Source: the human T2T-CHM13v2.0 reference genome, Homo sapiens
Assembly: GCF_009914755.1 (NCBI RefSeq)
Contig: NC_060933.1
DNA length: 64,000 nucleotides
Reading direction: 5' to 3' (one strand)
The notes under the pieces are model-generated. The model was not told where the DNA came from. It ran no database searches and saw only the letters and a program-made list of their open reading frames with translations. Positions 49,678 through 64,000 of the stretch are shown here, piece by piece; within the stretch, counting starts at the first letter, position 1; every line of letters starts with the position of its first letter. A program made the translations under genes and the position numbers.

Positions 49678-50016
49678 TGTCTTGGTTTATTTGTGCTACT
49701 ATAGCAAAATAACTGAGATTGGATAATTTATAAACATGAACTTGTCACAGTTCTGTAGGCTCAGAAGCCCAGAACAAAGCACCTCAGGTTCAATTTCTGG
49801 TGAGGGCCTTGGTCTCTGCTTCCAAGATGGCACCTTGAGTGCTATGTCATCACATGAGAAAAGTGCCTAAGCTGGTTCCCTACCCTTTTATGAGTCACTA
49901 ATCCATTCATGAGAGCAGAACCCTCATGACCTAATCACTTCCCACCTCTTAATACTGCCACAATGGGGATTACATTTCAAAATGAATTTTAGAAGAAACA
50001 CATTCAAACCACAGCA
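49678..50016 (-). mobile_element. MST-type MaLR LTR
   Basis: CCCTCATGACCTAATCAC and ...ACATTCAAACCACAGCA motifs. Confidence 0.7.
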
Positions 50017-50479
50017 CATTTCTAGACAAACTTTCAGACACAGATGTAGAGAAATTTTAATGAAATTGAATTTTAACCAAGTGAAGACAACCCACAGATT
50101 TGCAAATACCCTTCTAAGATTCTTCAAAGATATCTCAATGGTTAATCACGTTGTTTAGGAAAATGAGAACAGTGACAGCAAGACCTTCTCAGTGGTACAA
50201 TGGCCTCAGCAGCAGTAAAAGAGGGTAGTAAACATTATGCAGACTTTGTGTGGGCTCTGGATCACCCACAGAGAAGAAAGTTATTTTGTATGTATGTGTG
50301 TAACTGTATGTTTAAGAGAAATGAACTGTTTATTTACAGGGATTATTGAGGAGCAGAACCTCACTTGGGTAGATGCAGGTGTAACTTTTAAGATCAATAT
50401 CCATGGCTTTGAATAGATAGGCTAGAGATACAGCAGATTTACTTAGTTCCCCAAAGATGCATGTTGGGTGATACCCACC

Positions 50480-51020
50480 TATATTAGTTTTCCAATTACT
50501 GCAAATTCAGTAGGTTAAAGTAACAATTGTCTTATCTCACAGTTCTGTATGTCTGAAGTCCAGGAAAGTATGGCTGGATTTTTCTCAGGGTCTTATAAGG
50601 TGGAAATCAAGGGGTCAGCTGTCTGTATTTTCATCAGGAGATTGGCTACTCCTCCTAGATTATTCCTAGTACTGGTAGAATTTGGTTCCTTGTGACAGCA
50701 GGTCTAGGGTCTCCATTTTTTATTGGCTGTCAGCTCCTTGCAGTTTCTTTCTGGTCCCCTTGATCTTCAAATGCACATCAAATCTGTCTCATGTTTAAAA
50801 TCCTGTGATACCCACTTCTGCTTCAAGACAGAAAACTCTGCATTTAAAGGGCTCTGGTAATTAGGTTAGGCCAACCTGAATAGTATTTATTTTGTCAAAT
50901 AATGTAACATAATCGCTGGAGTGACATATCATATTTTTAGGTTCCACTCATGCTGAAAGTGAAGGACATTATACATGGGCATGAGTCACTGGAGGTCATT
51001 CTTGGAATTCTGCCTACCAT
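50480..51020 (-). mobile_element. MLT1-type MaLR LTR
   Basis: TATTAGTTTTCC...TCTCACAGTTCTGTATGTCTGAAGTCC...GAATTCTGCCTACCA. Confidence 0.6.
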
Positions 51021-52689
51021 ACCAATGGAGATCAAATGCCAGGAAAGTCAGGAATAGAAATTCAGAGAGCATACAATCAAATATATTAAATTAGAATTCA
51101 AAACTATTCAAGAGATGGTTCAGAGTTTTGGCCAAGCAGTGGATCAAATTTTCTTACTACTGCTTAATCAAGGATACAGTACAGAAGTAAAATGAATTGA
51201 TCTTTATTAAAATGGAGCAAAGACCAGGTCTAGGAAGGAAAGGCAAGAAGGTGGAATAGATTTGCTCTTACTGGAAGAACACTGGAGATTCAAGACAAGA
51301 AACAGAATTGTTTTAGTCCCTGAGTTAACAAATAAAAGAAAGATGAGACCAGAACAGTTGTCAATGAAGGAGCAGTGAAGTAGAAAGGAAGGATGGAGTG
51401 AATGTGGAGAGCACTTTTCTGAAGAGAATAAACTTAGTTGTCAGATGAAAGGAGATTTATAATTAGCTTTGTCCTTACAAATTTTGAGGTAACTTACCAT
51501 GGAAATACTTTTTCTTATCAGTTGATTAATCTGGGGGGAGGTAGCATAATCCTTTGAAATTCCAGTGCGTAGAAAACTAGGCTCGACCTCAAGATGAAGC
51601 CTCAAAAAAGAAATGTCTGTTAGAATCCAGTTAACAGGAGAACACCTACTGCGACTTTATTATCAGCAAGTTGGTGAAAACTTCCTGAAGAAGAAATGTG
51701 GGATGATACAGAAACTGATTAAAGTCTCAGAACAGCAAATAGTTTCTCCTCTTGTGAATTAATTCACCTTCCACAATTAAACAGAGATAACTCAGGGTAC
51801 CTCAAATACTGATGAGCTTGACAGAAATGAATTGCCACCTAATTCCATTGATGGAGAAAGATAAGACAATGAGCAAAGAAAAGGGACTTTCAGAGAGAAG
51901 AATTGTTGAGAAGGTAGCAGTCCTTTCTCTTTCCATGAGGTAGTTGCTATTCATTACTCTGTGATGGGGACTGGGAACACAAGAATCACCACTTAGGGAT
52001 TAATGAATTCAAGATCTGTACCTTCCATTTTGATCCAAATTTGAACTTAAATTTATTCAGGACACCAACTGAATACTTCTACCTAAAGGTAAAACTCATA
52101 TCATATTTCCCTCCCAAGCTGCATTTCCTCTGAGTTCCTGACTTGACGGAGTCATTTATTTGTACAATATATGAACGCTGAGAGTTGTGCCACATTTCTC
52201 TCTCTTTTGCCCTGGACATCCAATTTTTATGCAACACTTTCATTTCTAACTCCTAAATATCTTAGTTTACTATCTCAATCACTGCAACCACTGACATGTT
52301 TATGCCCTTTTTACTAGCTTGCCAAATAAATATAAAAGAGCTCATTAATCTCTCTAGTTCCTTATTAATCCTCATTTCATCTAATCTAGTATTAGTATTA
52401 TACCCAAGTATAATCTTCCAAATTGCAAAAATCTGTTTCTATCACTCTTTCTGCAGCATCCTTCACTGGCTCCCCCATGGTCTACAATATATACAATCTA
52501 AGTTTTAAAAAGAAAAAAACTTATGACTATCCCTTATTTTGAAAAAAGGAAAATTAGTCCTTTACTAGAAAAATAGCACTGTATTATAATGTCAAGTTCA
52601 CACTAGAGTCTACGATGGTGTCAAAGAGCTCTATATTTTTCTTCTTGAGTCACTTTGATATCCTCCCACAGTAAGACCATTACAGTTGG

Positions 52690-53067
52690 TGTATTGGTCT
52701 GTTCTCACACTGCTATGAAGAAATACCTGAGGCTGTGTAATTTATAAAGCAAAGAGGGTTAATTGGTTCACAGTTCCACATTGCTGGGGAGGCCTCAGAA
52801 AACTTACAATCATGGTGGAAGGCAAAAGAGAGGCAGGCACCTTCTTCACAGGGTGGCAGGATGGAGTGAGTGCCAGCAGGGGAAATGCCAGATGCTTGTA
52901 AAACCATCAGATCTCGTGAGACTCACTCATTATCATGAGAACAGCATGGGGGAAACTGCTCCCATGATTTAATTACCTACACCTGGTGCCACCCTTGACA
53001 CGTGTGGATTATAGAGATTATAATTCAAGGTAAGATTTAGATGGGGACACAGAGCCAAACCATATCA
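52690..53067 (-). mobile_element. THE1/MSTA solo LTR
   Basis: TGTATTGGTCTGTTCTCACACTGCTATG...GCCAAACCATATCA with 5-bp TSD GTTGG. Confidence 0.92.
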
Positions 53068-53089
53068 GTTGGGTACTGAGAAGGACATA

Positions 53090-54100
53090 CTGTATTAATC
53101 ATGCCTTCTTATTGTCTGTATTTTCTAATGTTTTGACATCCATATTTTCTGATGTTTTGACATCTGGGGACTTGCTGATCTTGGAGGGACTGACCCTCTC
53201 AGGGTTAACTCATTCCTAGGGGTAGCAAACTGCTTTCCCTAGAGCATGCCTTTCATATCAAATCAACCAATCCAAACCTCTACTCCAACCCACCTTCTTT
53301 ATTGGGCTCTCATACTCTGAGCCCCTATTCTCCTACCCTAATTACCACAGGGCCAGGTACTAAACAACTTGAGATAATCCCTACACTTTGTAGCCTGCTC
53401 AAAAATTTAAACTAGCCAATGCTAAACCTATTTAGCCTGTGTACCCTGCCTCACTCATTTGTTCAGTGAAAACCACAATAAAGTTTCTTGCCAATGTTTC
53501 CTGTCACTCCTTCTATCTTCTGACCCACTGTTGTGATTCTTATTGCTATGATTTTTTTCTAACTTGGTCATGAGGTCTCTCTTTTTAGACTAGCCATAAA
53601 CCAATATAGCCACTCTCTAGGAGACCTCTGACTCAGGGGAGGGGGAGTTAGATTCAGGTGTGAGTGTCAGGTGAGACACAGTGGAGGAAGTGAAAACAAA
53701 ATGCATGAAAGGAAGAAATTTATTACTCACAGAACCCAAAGAGGTTAGAGAGGCCCAAGAGAAGTGTGAAGATGGCACGGAGCTCATCCAGTTGAGGAGG
53801 GAAGAGAGGGCACAGGCAAGGGCAAGAGGGGGTGGGTGAGGGCCGGTGGAACTATTCCTTAGGCTTTCCTATGGGGGTTATGGGTCAGCTACTTTAAATG
53901 TTTCAGAAGGAGGAAACTTACTTGCAGGACTCTAGCATTGGCCATTAGGCTTTATCATGGTCAGCAGCTCTGGAGTGTGTTGGGTTTTGGGTCAGGGGAA
54001 TGAGAAACAGACCATATAGCTGACAACCACACAGGGAGAAGTTTTAACTGGGTCAAAGATGACAGAGTATGACTGGGTTTCAAATAATTTGTTTCAGGCC
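53090..54100. mobile_element. Old ERVL-type LTR fragments (MER74/MER54-like plus a second LTR)
   Basis: TGACATCTGGGGACTTGCTGATCTTGGAGGGACTG motif. Boundaries uncertain. Confidence 0.4.
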
Positions 54101-54115
54101 TTAAAAAAAAATTGG

Positions 54116-54485
<370 letters not shown>

Positions 54486-55521
54486 TCAGTGGCAGCTGTC
54501 TCCTGATCCATTAGCTCTACCATACCTGAATAATAATAGCACTCATATTCTAAAACACTTGCTTCTTATGAGTAGGAAGAATGGGTCAGTGCTTCAGAAT
54601 CCCAGACATGTCCAAAGGAAGAGGTGAAGAAAACCAAATGACCAGATCATACCCAGCCTGATTGAAACACACACAATATAATCACCCCTTTGTCTCTATG
54701 TGTTCACCAACTCTGCAAGTACACCTGTGTATAGTATGCTGACAAGCTCTGTCTTCTTCAATCTGCTAAATCGTTTTCTACTTTCCTACATTGCTGTGGG
54801 CCAGGAGAGCCCTGGATGTAATGGAAAGTGGGGAGGGGTTAAATCCGTCTAGGAAGGAGATGGATGGGTAAAAAAAAATTGTGTAACATATACAAAGGTT
54901 TCTATGATTACAAGCCTACTATGAAATCCAGTCACACCTACCACTCACAGTCCCACTTACTTTGCTCTAAGCAACACTGATCTCCAAACATGCTGTGCAT
55001 AGTATTTCCCTTACACGGCACACCTGCAAATTTATTCTGCACTTTCAAATATAACTTAAAACAATAGCACTACATGAAATGTGCCATTTTCCCAAGAAGA
55101 TTGTAGACTCTTTCCCCTGTACTCGCCATACCTTACACAATTCTCCCTTTCTGCAAATACCAAATTATGTTTCTTGGTATAGTGATCTTCCCATGGGCCT
55201 ACAAAATCCATGTGGTCAAATGACATGCCTTTCCGTTATTCCTTCCCTAGAATCTTCTCCTATGCCTGACATCCATGTTTAATGAATGATCAGACACAAT
55301 ATAGGAAGAGGGATGCTGACTTTTATGTTTATGCCTCTATTCTCAGGATCTGAAACAGCACCTGATATTTAACAGGTGTTCACTATGTGTCTGTTAAAGA
55401 AAAAAAAAAACATTAATGTCTACAATGATTTGATCCTGGGTTTGCCTCTTCTCTCCTTCTTCCTCCAAAGTATATTCCTTAAATTTAACAACCCTTGCCT
55501 TCCTTTTCTGTCTAAGGGCTA

Positions 55522-55992
55522 CTGGTAGGTAGGATAATGACTCCAAAAGCTGTCTATGTCCTAAACCTCAGAACCTGTAAATATGTTACCATACATAATA
55601 GAAGATAATTAAGTTTGTAGATAGTTTAGTGTGCTAATTAGCTAACCTTGAGGCAGGAAGATTATCCTGACTTATGCAGGTGGGCTCAGTGTAAACACAT
55701 AGGTACTCAGAAGTGACTATGGTGAGAGTGATGTGAGAACTTTACCTGCTGTTGCCACTTGAAGATAATGAAAGGGGCCATGAGTCAAGGAATATGGGAG
55801 GCCTCTAGAAGCTAGAAGAGAAAAAAAAAAACAAAACAAAAACATATTCTCTCCTAGAGCCTCCAAAGAGCAAAGTGCCAATGAGACCCATCCTGGACTT
55901 CTAACCAAAAGAATTGTAAGATAATAAGTTTGTGTTGTTTTTAAGCCACTAAGTTTGCAGTAATACGGTACAGCAGTAAGAGAAAACTATTA
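55522..55992 (+). mobile_element. MLT1 LTR
   Basis: GAACCTGTAAATATGTTACC...TAAGCCACTAAGTTTGCAGTAAT...AGAAAACTA. Confidence 0.72.
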
Positions 55993-56120
55993 TAAGGCTC
56001 TATTTCGAAGCAGCTGAAAAAAGGCAGCTGATGAAGGAAGTCGCGCTGGGAAGTAGCCTAAGAGGCAAAAGTACAAAGACAGGAGTTTGAATCAGATGAT
56101 GCCACTTTTAAGGGTGGATT

Positions 56121-61379
<5,259 letters not shown>

Positions 61380-61639
61380 GATTCTGCCAGTTTCTGTTCT
61401 TGGCAGGTTCCATTTCTACAAATTCCTCATCTCTATAGGTTTAGGATCAGAATGTTCCAGCAGGGGAGCATTACAGCTGTTTCAATCCTCAGGGAGACTA
61501 CTCATCTTGGGAATAATTCCTTCCTGGAGTGATTGGAAAATAATTCCTAAAAGAAATTGAAAAGTCAAATTGTTGAACGGTAAATTCACCATCACGTTTA
61601 CCATAAAGCATGTAGAGAAATGGAAATAGTTACACATCA

Positions 61640-61830
61640 TGGTTGAGAGTGCAGGATTTGCAGTCAGACAGTTTCTGGCACTTAGTAGCTTTAGAAAGTG
61701 ACTTAAGCCCTCTAAGCCCTCAGTTTTCACATCTATAAAATGAAGTAAATAATATAAGCCTCTCAGAAGTGGAGTGAGCGTTGAATGAAATAGTATGTGA
61801 GTAGTTTAACGCAGAGACTGGCACTGACAT
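61640..61830. mobile_element. MIR fragment
   Basis: Core-like GTGACTTAAGCCCTCTAAGCCCTCAGTTTTCACATCTATAAAATGAAG. Confidence 0.6.
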
Positions 61831-61962
61831 AAGAAACTATTGTGATAGAAGCAGAGCAGAGAAAATATTTTGAATAGCTGTATGCATGGCAATTTTTTAA
61901 CCTCTTTATTCGTGGCAACTCATTTAATTGCCACAACAAACTAAGTACTTTTATTATTTCCA

Positions 61963-62240
61963 TTGTTATGGACTGAGCTATGCTACCCTCTTCATTTCAT
62001 ATGTTGATGTCCTAAGTCCCAGTGCCCCATAATGTGACTATATTTGGAGACACGGTCTTTACATGGATAATTAAGTTAAAATTAGGTCATTAGGGTGGGC
62101 CCTAATTCAATATGGCTGGTGTCCTTATCAGGTTAGGACACAGACATGCATAGAGGGAAAACCAGAAAAAAGGTATAGGAGAAAAAATGGTTATCTACAA
62201 GCCAAAGAGAGAGGCCTCAGAGGAAGCCAACTCAACAAAT
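61963..62240 (+). mobile_element. MLT1A/B LTR fragment
   Basis: TGTTATGGACTGA...AATGTGACTATATTTGGAGA...TAGGGTGGGCCCTAATTCAATATGGCTGGTGTCCTTAT. Confidence 0.75.
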
Positions 62241-63102
62241 TTTAAAATATGTATTTTGGAGAACAAAATTATTAGAAAATATTTACAACAGAAAAAAAAA
62301 ATTTCTTCTAGAACTGAGCTGGTCTAAAGGTGCATATCTTGGTAAGGCTCTGTGAAGAAATGACCTAATCTGGAGAGAAGCTGTTGGGACACTCGTCTGT
62401 GTGTGGCCTGTGGCTCACAGGGGTGGGTATTCTCAGAAAGCACATGGGAAAATCACCGTCCTGGTGTGTCCAGGCTCTGGGAACAGGCTCTTCCTCGTGG
62501 CTTTCACATGGGTTTCCTGGTGGGCTATGTAGTCACTTTCTGCATCCTTCTTTTAAGGGCTCATGAACGTCACAGACCCTGAGATACCGGTCTCACTGTC
62601 CTCAACTATCAAATGAGGAGGTTGCACCAAAGAACCCCTAAAGCCCCTCCCACCTCTAATCGCCTATGGGACTGTCCATTCTTCTTAAGGATCATTATAG
62701 ACACACAGCAGGGAACATAAAGTAGACAAATTCTGAGAAACAGCTAAGAAAAGTACTACAGACCCACCAGAATGGGAGTATAAATTGGGCTTCATCTGCC
62801 CCATTGCAACCTAGACTTCCTTTGCCTTATGATTTGGCTCAATGGCATCTGTGACAAGGTAGCTTGAAGTTGACACCAGTGCATCCCTGGAGATTGGATG
62901 GGCTGGGCTCAGAATCCCATACATCCTTTACAGCCTTTTTTTTCCTCACCCTATCCATACCCTCACCCTACTAGAATTATGCATGCACTTGTTGAAAACA
63001 GCCCTAGCAAAGTAAATCTAGGCTCCTTAGGCCATGATTAAGGGCCCTTGAAGAAGTCAAATTACCTAAGAAACTCTAGACATGCACTCTCCAATATGCA
63101 AG

Positions 63103-63386
63103 CCACTAGTTCGTGTCTACTGAGCTCCTGAATTGTGGCTAGTGCTAATGGAGATGTGCTGTAAGCATGAAATGCACACCAGATGTACAAGACTTAGTAT
63201 GAAAAAATATATTAAAATCTCATTAATAGTAAGATTATTTTTATATTGAAATGATAATTGTTAATATTGGGTTAAATAAAATATAGCATTAAAATTCATT
63301 TCTCCTGTTTTTACCTTTTTAATGAGTCTACTAGAAATTTTAAATTTATGAATATGGCATAGTTTATCTCCATTGGACAGCACTGC
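63103..63386. mobile_element. MER33-like hAT MITE
   Basis: GAGATGTGCTGTAAG...ACACCAGAT...ACTAGAAATTTTAAATTTA...TTGGACAGCACTG. Confidence 0.65.
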
Positions 63387-63787
63387 TATTTAGAGTATCA
63401 AAATTTGGTATCTTTTGTGACAATAATAAATCATTTATCAAGGAGAAATACCCTAGAATTGGACACTCATCACCCATTATGTAACTTCAGCTAGCCTCTT
63501 GGTTTGTCCTCCTCTCTCTCATAGAATTAATAAAGCAATCTATCAGGACAAAATGAATATTGTCTTGTTTTTCTTTTTCATTTTTTCAAATCATTGGAGG
63601 TCTTTGGGGGGAAAGGTGATAGCAAGACACTAGGTGTGTTATGAAAGCATGAGCCTATGGGCAAGTTTGGATTTGCTTGTTATCCACGACAGGAAATTTT
63701 GGCCAGGAGTCAGTTATTCGCCTAGAAAATGAATTGTTAATGTACCTGTGTAGTCTTACAGCTTCCACAACTGCACTTTGCTGAAAT

Positions 63788-63795
<8 letters not shown>

Positions 63796-63825
<30 letters not shown>
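63796..63825. repeat. (AC)n microsatellite
   Basis: About 15 AC units. Confidence 0.9.
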
Positions 63826-63826
<1 letters not shown>

Positions 63827-64000
63827 TTGATTGTTACATATCAATGTTAGGCAGTTTTCCTCCTGGGTGTTTTTTCCTTATCATTATTATCATCATTAGT
63901 ATTACTTCTCCTTCACTTCTGTCTCTTGCAAACCAGATATTTGTTTCCCTCACACAGCACCTGCTTTAGAAATAAAATAAATTACAGAAAAGGAATTAGT

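Overview
Primate, almost certainly human, genomic DNA. It matches what I know of the 9p13.3 orphon T-cell receptor beta V cluster, a duplicate of the 3' part of the 7q34 TRB locus. Four defective V genes lie on the + strand in the chr7 order (TRBV24, TRBV25, TRBVA and TRBV26 orphons), and each keeps a 23-spacer RSS. Between them are a 3.25 kb NUMT (control region, tRNA-Phe, 12S, tRNA-Val and most of 16S, with a disabled humanin-like ORF) and the processed pseudogene PTENP1 (- strand, ATG changed to AGG, otherwise an uninterrupted 403-codon frame, with poly(A) and target-site duplication). The rest is mostly nested repeats: a full-length Hsmar1 inside an L1, a full-length L1PA carrying an SVA just before ORF1, a deleted ERV1 provirus, a MER41A provirus, Alus and MaLR LTRs. 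I see no intact conventional protein-coding gene and no new biological system. The best leads are a possible unannotated TRBV relic near 12.7 kb, compensating frameshifts in TRBV25, and small or truncated ORFs in PTENP1. Gene names, family names and comparisons to parent genes come from recalled sequences, not database searches.
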